Below are positions 14,969-22,382 of a stretch of 27,473 nucleotides of DNA, in pieces. The notes under the pieces are model-generated. The model did no database searches and had not been told where the DNA came from. It was given only the letters and a program-made list of their open reading frames with translations. The stretch spans positions 1 through 27,473 of IMG/VR virus record IMGVR_UViG_3300037076_000037, one strand, 5' to 3'. A program made the position numbers and the translations under genes. The stretch is from a virus (lineage: Duplodnaviria > Caudoviricetes). The first letter of the stretch is position 1, and the number at the start of each line of letters is the position of its first letter.

Positions 14969-16075
14969 ATGGCCAACGTGTCCACCCAGATCGCGGACGT
15001 TATCGTCCCCGCCGTCTTCACGCCGTACACCCAACAGCTCACGATGGAGAAGACCGCGATCATCCAGAGCGGTGTTGCTGCACGTGATGACTTCCTCGAC
15101 AATTTGCTCGCTGGCGGCGGTCTTACCTTCACCGTGCCGTCTTGGCAGGACATCGGCGATCCCGCCGAGAACGTGTCGAGCGATGACCCGAATACTTCCT
15201 CGACCCCGAACATCACCCAGACCTCCGCCGAAGTCGCGGTTCGTCTGTCGCGCAACTCAAGCTGGAGCACGATGCGTCTGGCGACCGCCCTTGCCGGCGC
15301 GGACCCGATGCAGTCCATCGCATCCCGCGTGTCCGACTACTGGGTCCGTCGTTTGCAGCGCGCGTTCGTCGCCGTTGCCAACGGCATCTTCGCCAACAAC
15401 GCACTGGCCGACCCCACGCTGGGCCGCTCGGGCGCTGTCGGCAACAACGCCGCCTACGGCCATCAGAACGACCTGACCCACGACATCTCCACCCTCAATG
15501 GTGGCGTGTTCGCGGCAGGCGTGACCAACTTCTCGGCCCCGGCGTTCATCGATACCGCGACCCTGCTCGGCGACGCCTCCGAGGATGTGACCGCCGTGTT
15601 CATGCACTCGATCGTGTATTCGACTGCCCAGAAGAACAACCTGATCGACTTCATTCCCGACAGCGAGGGCAAGATCAACATTCCGGTCTTCCTCGGCCGC
15701 CGAGTGATCGTTGACGACGGTATGCCCAACCCCGCTGGCGACAACTCCAACGGTGCGCAGACCGCCTCCGGCGTCTACCACACGTGGCTCGTTGGCCCCG
15801 CATCCTTCCGTCTCGGCGTGGGCTCGCCCATCGTCCCGACCGAAGTCTTCCGCTTCCCGGATCGCGGCAACGGCGCCGGTTCCGACATCCTCTACAACCG
15901 CGTCGAGTGGTGTATCCACCCGGTTGGCCATGCCTACGTCGGCAGCCCGTCTTACGAGGGTGGCCCGACCAACGCCGCGACCGCGAACAACCTCGCCTAC
16001 TCTGGCTCGTGGGTTCGCGTCTTCCCGGAACGCAAGCAGATCAAGCTTGCCCGCCTGATCACCCGCGAGAGCTAA
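14969..16075 (+). CDS. Major capsid protein
   Basis: GGAGAG RBS; TQIADVIVPAVFTPY, GGxTFTVPSW, AGADPM, MHSIVY and FLGRRVIVDDGMP motifs; very strong codon bias; 368 aa. Confidence 0.93.
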   Translation: MANVSTQIADVIVPAVFTPYTQQLTMEKTAIIQSGVAARDDFLDNLLAGGGLTFTVPSWQDIGDPAENVSSDDPNTSSTPNITQTSAEVAVRLSRNSSWSTMRLATALAGADPMQSIASRVSDYWVRRLQRAFVAVANGIFANNALADPTLGRSGAVGNNAAYGHQNDLTHDISTLNGGVFAAGVTNFSAPAFIDTATLLGDASEDVTAVFMHSIVYSTAQKNNLIDFIPDSEGKINIPVFLGRRVIVDDGMPNPAGDNSNGAQTASGVYHTWLVGPASFRLGVGSPIVPTEVFRFPDRGNGAGSDILYNRVEWCIHPVGHAYVGSPSYEGGPTNAATANNLAYSGSWVRVFPERKQIKLARLITRES

Positions 16076-16109
16076 GGCCCTCTCGTCTGATCGACGCCGA
16101 CGAAACATC

Positions 16110-16143
16110 AGGGGCGGGCTTCATCGCCCGCCCCTTTCTCTTA
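16110..16143 (+). terminator. Rho-independent terminator after the capsid gene
   Basis: AGGGGCGGGC-ttcatc-GCCCGCCCCT followed by TTCTCTT. Confidence 0.75.
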
Positions 16144-16160
16144 CTTGAAGGACCATCACC

Positions 16161-16421
16161 ATGGCCGGACCATTCCAAGGCAGCGACATCAACCCGGCCC
16201 TCAACAAGAGTGGCCAAGGCATAGCAGCGACGCCGCGCGAGTATACCCGACATCGGCGTCATGACAAGGATGGTCGTCGGCGTCACGATGATCAGCAGGC
16301 CGCGTTCCTCGCCGCTCAGGCGACCCGGCTCTCGACCACTGCCGAGACGATTGAGAACGCACTCGACAAATACGGTGCCGACCGCGTCAAGAAGGCGACC
16401 AACATCAGTCAGCTTCCGTAA
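16161..16421 (+). CDS. Hypothetical protein
   Basis: GAAGGA RBS; 86 aa with a basic His/Arg patch. Confidence 0.7.
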   Translation: MAGPFQGSDINPALNKSGQGIAATPREYTRHRRHDKDGRRRHDDQQAAFLAAQATRLSTTAETIENALDKYGADRVKKATNISQLP

Positions 16422-16482
16422 GCCTTATGGTTTGCTGACGGCGGATAAGAGGGGGACACTTCAGTCCGCAGTTAGCAGATCG

Positions 16483-16508
16483 CCGGGAGGGGTTCGCCCC
16501 TCCCGGTT
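16483..16508 (+). terminator. UUCG-tetraloop hairpin (terminator or stability element)
   Basis: CCGGGAGGGG-TTCG-CCCCTCCCGG, a perfect 10-bp stem with only a short T tail. Confidence 0.6.
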
Positions 16509-16564
16509 GACTTCCCCGGTCCCATGGGGGATCGGATAATCCCCACTAGCCCCCAGAGGTAACC

Positions 16565-17200
16565 ATGACGACCACCAAAGAAGCCATTCAGGAAATTCTC
16601 GTCGCGCTTGACACCACCGCCGACACGAACTGGACCGAGGACGGCTCGCCGGCTCTTGACGCGATCCAGAAGTTGGCCGGCGACCTGACCATCACCCGGG
16701 CTCAGATCAACGACGCCCACCCCGGTTTCGCCCGCGTGACCGACGCCGAGGCCGCGAAGACCTATAGTGAAGGTTCCGGCGGGGCTCCGGCGTCCCAAGT
16801 CGCTCCGGCCCCGAAGCGCAGCGTCAAGAAGCCGCTGGACATCACCGAAGTCGATCTCACGGATGAGCAGATGCGCGCCATTTGCATTCGGCGCGTCCGC
16901 GAAGCTGAGCAGCATCTTCTCGACGCGCAACAGCGCGTGACAGAAGCGACCATGGAAGTGGTGCATTGCCAGAAGCGGCTCGGTAACGCGCACCGCGACC
17001 ACGATCGCCAGTTCCCCCGGATCACGCCCGCCGCGAACATCAAAGCGCATCTCGAAGCGCAGGGTCGGCTCGCAGAGGAGAATGCTGGGATACTCTCCCC
17101 GCTTCAGGCTGCTTTGACCGGCCGGAAGCGACCGGTCCCCGGTCAAGTCACCGGACAGGCGAACCCCAACCTTCCCCGGCGCATCACTGCGGCGGCTTAA
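16565..17200 (+). CDS. Hypothetical protein with a small N-terminal helical domain (FluMu N-terminal-like) and a coiled coil
   Basis: GAGG RBS; WTEDGSPALDAIQKLAGDLTITRAQIN pattern often seen in genes just after capsid genes. Confidence 0.7.
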   Translation: MTTTKEAIQEILVALDTTADTNWTEDGSPALDAIQKLAGDLTITRAQINDAHPGFARVTDAEAAKTYSEGSGGAPASQVAPAPKRSVKKPLDITEVDLTDEQMRAICIRRVREAEQHLLDAQQRVTEATMEVVHCQKRLGNAHRDHDRQFPRITPAANIKAHLEAQGRLAEENAGILSPLQAALTGRKRPVPGQVTGQANPNLPRRITAAA

Positions 17201-17227
17201 CGCGGTCGCGCATAAAGGCGGCCCGTA

Positions 17228-17659
17228 ATGTCCCAGCCTCTTTTTCCGAAATTCAAATCGTCGCCTGCTTTGCAGGCGGCGATGTTCTATGCGCGTCGGA
17301 ATAACCGCAAGGGGACGACGCTCGTGAATGATCCCGCGTCGCTCTCGTGGGGCTCCATCCTCTTCTCAGCGAACCCAGCGAATGCCTCGACGATTACGCT
17401 CGGCGGGGCAGTCGTGACGTTCGGGACTGATGTGACGATCGGCGTGTCCCTCGCGGTGACGCTCGCGAGCTTGCTCGTATTTCTCAGTGCGTCAGCGAAC
17501 GCCAATATCAGCAAGTGCCGATACTCTGTCGGAGGCTCATCGCTCGCGATCCGCTCAAAGACGCCGAACAACACAACCTTCACATTGGCCGCAAGCGCCG
17601 CGACGGTATCGCATGCGACGCTCCAGTTGGTGCAGATCAATAAGAGGGTCGCGCTATGA
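17228..17659 (+). CDS. Putative structural protein
   Basis: Thr/Ala/Ser- and beta-rich; ATGA-coupled to the adaptor gene. Confidence 0.7.
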   Translation: MSQPLFPKFKSSPALQAAMFYARRNNRKGTTLVNDPASLSWGSILFSANPANASTITLGGAVVTFGTDVTIGVSLAVTLASLLVFLSASANANISKCRYSVGGSSLAIRSKTPNNTTFTLAASAATVSHATLQLVQINKRVAL

Positions 17660-18567
17660 CCGCAATCTTTTCCGTTCAAGATGAGACCGGCACCGTCACT
17701 CAGTTGACGATCGCGCCGTCGCCGCTGCCGGCTCAGCACATATCAATCGGCGATACCGGCATCTATGCAGGCTACCCGGATGACGGCACTAGCTTGACGC
17801 ACGCTCCCACGTTTCAGTCGCTCATGTTCACCGTTATTCAAGTGCTCGATGATGAGCACTTCTCGGTCTCGACGAACCGCGCCAATATGGCTGACTGGCC
17901 CGCCTTCGGGCAGATCACGTGGCAGACCGGTGCGAACGTGACCGAGACCGCGATCGTGGTCGAGATCGATGGTGCGAACGCCTATACGGACGTGGCGTTC
18001 TTCACTAAATATCATGTCTCGCGCGGCAATGCGGTTCCGGCGGGTGCAACCGTTTCGGCGATCCAGAGCGCCATTGTGCAGGCAACCGACTATATCGATG
18101 CGAAGTACACCTTCAGCGGGATCAAGCTTTTGCAGTTGATTGGCAACGCCGGGCTCGACGCGAACGCCACGTTCCTCGAAGCGTGGCTCACGCCGTATGC
18201 GCTCCATGGCGTCTCCTATCTCACGCCGAGCACTTCGAAGCAAAGCACGGCTTGGCCCCGTCAAGGCGTCGTGGACTTCAATGGCAATACGGTCAACGGC
18301 ATCCCCGAGGCGGTCAGGCGCGCGTGCGCGGAGCTTGCGATCCGAGTTCTCAATGGCGTCAGCCTTCAACCGGACTACAGCAGTGGCATCGCGGCCGGCG
18401 GTGGCGTCGTGTCTTCGGTGACCAAAAAGGTCGGCCCGCTGGAGACAGTCACGGCCTATGACACCAAATTCGGACTTGGCTTTTTCGCGTCGTTCCCTAT
18501 CGTAGACCGGATACTCCGGAGCGCGGGACTGCTCAAGGCGGCAGGCGGCCGGACCACGATGAGGTGA
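17656..18567 (+). CDS. Head-tail adaptor (DnaT-like family) with an N-terminal extension of about 105 aa
   Basis: GANAY, AIVQATDYID, AWPR, IPEAVRRACAELA and KKVGPLET motifs. Confidence 0.8.
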   Translation: MTAIFSVQDETGTVTQLTIAPSPLPAQHISIGDTGIYAGYPDDGTSLTHAPTFQSLMFTVIQVLDDEHFSVSTNRANMADWPAFGQITWQTGANVTETAIVVEIDGANAYTDVAFFTKYHVSRGNAVPAGATVSAIQSAIVQATDYIDAKYTFSGIKLLQLIGNAGLDANATFLEAWLTPYALHGVSYLTPSTSKQSTAWPRQGVVDFNGNTVNGIPEAVRRACAELAIRVLNGVSLQPDYSSGIAAGGGVVSSVTKKVGPLETVTAYDTKFGLGFFASFPIVDRILRSAGLLKAAGGRTTMR

Positions 18568-18570
18568 AGC

Positions 18571-18609
18571 TAATTCCCAGTTGTTCCCGGGGGCGGGGCG
18601 GGCTAAGTT
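18571..18609 (+). promoter_or_regulatory. Phage late-type promoter, copy 4; part of a near-identical repeat (about 75 bp) of 1086-1160
   Basis: TAATTCCCAG-TTGTTC-N17-TAAGTT, with identity to copy 1 continuing through CAACGCCCAATCC...ACCGGAGA...ATGGC. Confidence 0.8.
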
Positions 18610-18678
18610 CAACGCCCAATCCCGCCACCGGAGATACCCGATGGCGGCCCAATCTCGGGACGCCGTGGGAGGTCCCCC

Positions 18679-19056
18679 ATGGCGGAACAGTTTGACTATC
18701 TACAGGCGATCACGGATGCGGACGATCTCATTACGTACTTTGGGATGAATGCCGTCCTCCGGCGTGTTGGAAGTAGCCCAGAAGATCGGCCCTGTCGGGT
18801 AGTGATCATCAGCTATGACCCGCACGAGAAGGCAGCCGACTTGGCCAACCCGACCGACCGCAAGGTCATCATGTCGGCCAAAAATTCGGAAGTGCAACTG
18901 ATGCCGCCGGACAATGAGCAGGATCAATTGGTGACGTTCGTGCAACCCCCAACGAACCCGCCAGTTGTTCACGAAGTTCTACCGCTGACGTGCAAACCGA
19001 AGCCGACAGCGCCCGCCGGGGTCACAGTGATCTGGGAATTTACGGTGCGACGCTGA
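18679..19056 (+). CDS. Probable head-closure (stopper) protein
   Basis: Follows the adaptor; ADDLITYFG N-terminus, TDRKVIM and a C-terminal PAG...WEFTVRR are typical. Confidence 0.7.
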   Translation: MAEQFDYLQAITDADDLITYFGMNAVLRRVGSSPEDRPCRVVIISYDPHEKAADLANPTDRKVIMSAKNSEVQLMPPDNEQDQLVTFVQPPTNPPVVHEVLPLTCKPKPTAPAGVTVIWEFTVRR

Positions 19057-19559
19057 TGGCAGTTAAAGCAGACAGGCGGAAGTATATTTTGGATAGGCTT
19101 GAGACAATCTTGTCCGGTCTCTCCATCAATATCTCGACCGGGGTCATCCCCGCCGGAAACATCGTGCACAATCGCGATGAGCTTCCGGCAGAGAAGGTCC
19201 CGGGCATCATCCTCTTGGATGCAGACGAGGTCAAGGACCCGCGCTTCCCGTCTCTTCAAGGGCGGAATGAGCGGCCCGGCCCCGGCATGATGAAGATGAC
19301 GCCGGAGATTTACGTCGTTCTTGAAGTGCGGAAGCCCGCAAACAAGAACGTCGGCGAGGACTTGAATACGGCGCGAGCCGCGATCTTGAACCTCGTGCTG
19401 CATGATACGGAGCTTCAACGCTTCACTGGGTCAAGCGGCTCGATCACTTACGATGGTTGCGTTACGGACCTCGCGCGCAATCGAACTATGAAGGGGCAGA
19501 TGGGCCTGAGCTTCACGTTCGGATACCCGTTCGTTCCCGATGAATTTACGGCTGCCTAA
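19056..19559 (+). CDS. Probable tail terminator / completion protein
   Basis: TGATG coupling gives the start at 19056; RRKYILDRL N-terminus; lies just before the tail tube gene. Confidence 0.65.
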   Translation: MAVKADRRKYILDRLETILSGLSINISTGVIPAGNIVHNRDELPAEKVPGIILLDADEVKDPRFPSLQGRNERPGPGMMKMTPEIYVVLEVRKPANKNVGEDLNTARAAILNLVLHDTELQRFTGSSGSITYDGCVTDLARNRTMKGQMGLSFTFGYPFVPDEFTAA

Positions 19560-19571
19560 CGGAGAGAACCT

Positions 19572-20141
19572 ATGACCATTGGAACTGCACATATCGAAGG
19601 CTCCCTTGTCAGCCCGAATATCGGAAATTATTACATCGGCAAGGGCATCATCTCAATCAAGCTGCTCGGCGAGAGCGTCTTCACCGACTGCGGCAACTGC
19701 CCGCAGTTCGAGTTCATGGCCAAGGTCACGAACCTCGACCATTTCAGCTCGCGTCAGGGCGTCCGCAAAAAGGACTTCACCGCCGTCATCGAATTGGCCG
19801 CGTCGCTTACGATGCAGCTCGAAGAGCTGACCGCTCGCAACATGGGCTTCGCCTTGCTCGGGCTGGCGTCCGGCGGCCCGTCGCCCGTTCCGGACACCAT
19901 TGATGTCTTCTCCAACCCGGTCATCTACGGATCGGTCAAATTCGTCGGCACCAACGACATCGGCCCGATCTGGACTGTCAACTTCCCACTCGTGAAGTTG
20001 TCCCCCAACAAAGCGCTGTCGCTGATCGGAAACACGTGGGGCGTCATCGATCTTGACGGTGAAGTTCTGTACGATCAGTTGCAGGGCACTTTCGGCACCG
20101 CGACCGTTTCGCTGCCGAATAGCCCGACCAACGTCCTGTAA
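19572..20141 (+). CDS. Major tail tube protein
   Basis: GGAGA RBS; NYYIGKG...DCGNCPQFEF...LDHFSSRQGVRKKD...LEELTARN...GTNDIGP is a siphovirus tube pattern. Confidence 0.85.
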   Translation: MTIGTAHIEGSLVSPNIGNYYIGKGIISIKLLGESVFTDCGNCPQFEFMAKVTNLDHFSSRQGVRKKDFTAVIELAASLTMQLEELTARNMGFALLGLASGGPSPVPDTIDVFSNPVIYGSVKFVGTNDIGPIWTVNFPLVKLSPNKALSLIGNTWGVIDLDGEVLYDQLQGTFGTATVSLPNSPTNVL

Positions 20142-20243
20142 CCTGTCGCGGAACGATAGGGCTCGCGCTGGAGTTTAATAACAAGACCACAACCTGATTT
20201 CCCGAACGGGAAATCAGGCTCCAGTATGAAAAGGACCACGCCC

Positions 20244-20696
20244 ATGACCAACGATACAAATGACCGCGATGTCTCGACCTCTGCCGTTCCCGCATCTCCG
20301 AAAGTCGTGCCCGCGTCAGGCGCGCGACCGGCTCCGGGAGCGGACGGTGTAATCGGGACCTACTCGGCTCCGAACCCCGGGGCGCAGCCCGGCGAAGTAT
20401 CCGATCAGCCTTTGGTGGCAGGATCGGCAGCCGACCCGGACCCGCACCCGGCCTCCAAGGTCCATGCGCCCACGGGCGTTACCGCCGATGAGCCGAACCC
20501 GGAAGCGACTGCCAAGGGCTCGACCGATCCGGCTCTGCACAATACACGACTGCCGATCGACGCCACCCCTGTCGCGGGGAGTTCAACTGTCGCGGCGGCT
20601 GTAGACCCGGCGGCATCCAAGATGCCCACCCCGCAAGGCCCGGCCCAAACTCAGCACTCGCAGCACCCGGGCAAACACCCGCCGGCCCGCCGCTGA
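20244..20696 (+). CDS. Pro/Ala-rich, probably disordered protein
   Basis: AAGGA RBS favours the ATG at 20244; low-complexity sequence. Confidence 0.65.
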   Translation: MTNDTNDRDVSTSAVPASPKVVPASGARPAPGADGVIGTYSAPNPGAQPGEVSDQPLVAGSAADPDPHPASKVHAPTGVTADEPNPEATAKGSTDPALHNTRLPIDATPVAGSSTVAAAVDPAASKMPTPQGPAQTQHSQHPGKHPPARR

Positions 20697-20703
20697 TTTC
20701 AAT

Positions 20704-20742
20704 CCGCAGCCTGTTTTCAGCACCCGCTGAAACAGGCTGCGG
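20704..20742. terminator. Long intergenic hairpin
   Basis: CCGCAGCCTGTT(T)TCAGC-accc-GCTGAAACAGGCTGCGG, 17 bp with one bulge; a second hairpin follows at about 20756-20791. Confidence 0.55.
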
Positions 20743-20819
20743 CCTAATGGTTTCATATGCGAAAAGTGACGTTTTTCGTCCCTTTCCGCATACGAAATAC
20801 ACCCCACGGAGAAACCCCC

Positions 20820-21179
20820 ATGACTGATGAAGTTCAGACCACCGCCGATCCGCTTGCCGTCGCTCAGGGCGAGTTCGCAGCCGATCCGGCTCCCAAAGTC
20901 GTCACCACCTCGGAAATCGCTCCAGACCCCGTTTCTGAGGGCTCTGACCCCGGTGCAGACGTGATCCAGCCGGTCGGCGACACCACCCCGACTGAGGAAT
21001 ACCCGGACGCCAACCCGGATGTCCCGGACCCGGTTGACCCTGATCTGGACCCAGATGCTCCCGACGAGTTCTTCGACGAGGCCCCCGCGCCCGTTGGTGG
21101 GGCCTATCATCACTATTCGAACCCGAATGCCGTGCGCGGCGTCCCCGCCGGCCCGGCTCCCCATCCCCGGACGGTATAA
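20820..21179 (+). CDS. Acidic Asp/Pro-rich, probably disordered protein
   Basis: GGAGA RBS and ATG at 20820; PD/DP-rich tract. Confidence 0.7.
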   Translation: MTDEVQTTADPLAVAQGEFAADPAPKVVTTSEIAPDPVSEGSDPGADVIQPVGDTTPTEEYPDANPDVPDPVDPDLDPDAPDEFFDEAPAPVGGAYHHYSNPNAVRGVPAGPAPHPRTV

Positions 21180-21223
21180 GCTCCGCCCTAGCGACTGTCC
21201 CCCTCTTGATAAGGAAATAGGTT

Positions 21224-21685
21224 ATGACCAACGCACCCGGCCTCACTCTTGCCGATCTCGCGGCGATGAGTGAGGACGTGCCTGTCGGCACGAGTTTCAT
21301 CACGGTCCACGGCATCTCTGCCAAGAACGCCCTCGCCATCTTCAAGCGCTTCCCGAAGCTCTTGAGCCTGATCAATGGTTTCGATCTCGGGACGTTTATC
21401 GATGCGGCCCCGGAAGCTGTCTCCGCGATCATCGCGGCGGGCACCGGCCATTTCGGCGACGAACAGGCTGAAGCGGACGCGGGCAATATCACGATTGAAG
21501 TGCAGTTCGACATTCTGCAAGCCATCGGGAGGTTGACCTTCAAGAGCGGGTTCGGCCCTTTCGTCGAGAGGATCATGCGGCTGGGCGGCAGCGTTCCAGA
21601 CTTCGCAAGCTCTGGAAAGGCGCAGGATACGAAATCGCCGCCGCCATCGAGCAGCTCATCGCCGCCGGACACTCCCCAGACGTAG
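21224..21685 (+). CDS. Tail assembly chaperone (gpG-like)
   Basis: Lies between the tube and tape measure genes; ILQAIGRLTFKSGFGPFVE motif; low-complexity tail after the slippery site. Confidence 0.85.
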   Translation: MTNAPGLTLADLAAMSEDVPVGTSFITVHGISAKNALAIFKRFPKLLSLINGFDLGTFIDAAPEAVSAIIAAGTGHFGDEQAEADAGNITIEVQFDILQAIGRLTFKSGFGPFVERIMRLGGSVPDFASSGKAQDTKSPPPSSSSSPPDTPQT

Positions 21686-21846
21686 TTTGGAATTACACTC
21701 CCCGGCAGATGATGGCGTTCAACTTTCTCGCGGCGAAGCGTACCGCGAAAGACAACCATCGGATGCTTTCCATGCTGGCCCTCGCGGCCAACGGCGGGGA
21801 GAGCGTAACGAAACAGCTTGAAGCTTGGGAGAGGGACGCCGGTTAA
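21613..21846 (+). CDS. -1 frameshift extension of the tail assembly chaperone (gpGT-like; not in ORF track)
   Basis: T-GGA-AAG at 21613-21619 resembles lambda G-GGA-AAG. The -1 frame reads GAGYEIAAAIEQLIAAGHSPDVVWNYTPRQ...ERDAG* and its stop is TAATG-coupled to the next gene. Confidence 0.8.
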   Translation, partial: WKGAGYEIAAAIEQLIAAGHSPDVVWNYTPRQMMAFNFLAAKRTAKDNHRMLSMLALAANGGESVTKQLEAWERDAG

Positions 21847-22382
21847 TGGCTTTCCAGATCATCACATCAAAAACAGCGGCCCCCAAGTTCAAGCAGAACT
21901 TGGCCGGGCTGCAAGATCGTTTCGAGAAGGCGTTCACCGCCGCCATGAACATGGCAGCGTCCATGATCCGGACGCTGGACCTCGCGGACATCGCGAACGC
22001 GGGCAACTTTAGTGGTCGTTGGGGCGCAGGGCTGAAGGTCGAAGTCATAGACCGAAACCGCATCAGCACCGTCCTTGACATGGATGGCGCGAGCATCTTC
22101 GCGAAGGGCGGCATCATCAAGGGCAATCCGTTGCTCTGGATACCGATCAGCGGGACCAACGCGGTCGGCACGCAAGCGAAGGACTACGCTGGCGGACTGT
22201 TCTCGGTCAATCGTAAGTCCGGTGGCAGGCCGCTGCTGTTCTCCATCGCGGACAAGACACCGAAGTATTTCGGCATCGAGAGCGTAACGATCCCGCAGAA
22301 GTTCTTCTTCGCGGAAAATCAGAAGAGTGTCATGGCGAACTTCCGTTCGATCTTCGACACTGCATTTAGGGCGGCAGAGTAA
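21846..22382 (+). CDS. Putative neck / tail-completion protein
   Basis: Coupled start at 21846; GGIIKGNPLLWIPI motif and amphipathic terminal helices. Confidence 0.6.
   Translation: MAFQIITSKTAAPKFKQNLAGLQDRFEKAFTAAMNMAASMIRTLDLADIANAGNFSGRWGAGLKVEVIDRNRISTVLDMDGASIFAKGGIIKGNPLLWIPISGTNAVGTQAKDYAGGLFSVNRKSGGRPLLFSIADKTPKYFGIESVTIPQKFFFAENQKSVMANFRSIFDTAFRAAE

Noticed and set aside
14821-15087. ORF starting in the capsid gene leader
   Set aside because: Its ATG lies inside the promoter spacer, upstream of the predicted transcription start, and it overlaps the capsid gene out of frame.
16087-16111. CTGATCGA...GAAAC looked like a hammerhead ribozyme core
   Set aside because: The spacing is wrong, there is no stem II, and CTGAT simply pairs with ATCAG next to a terminator.
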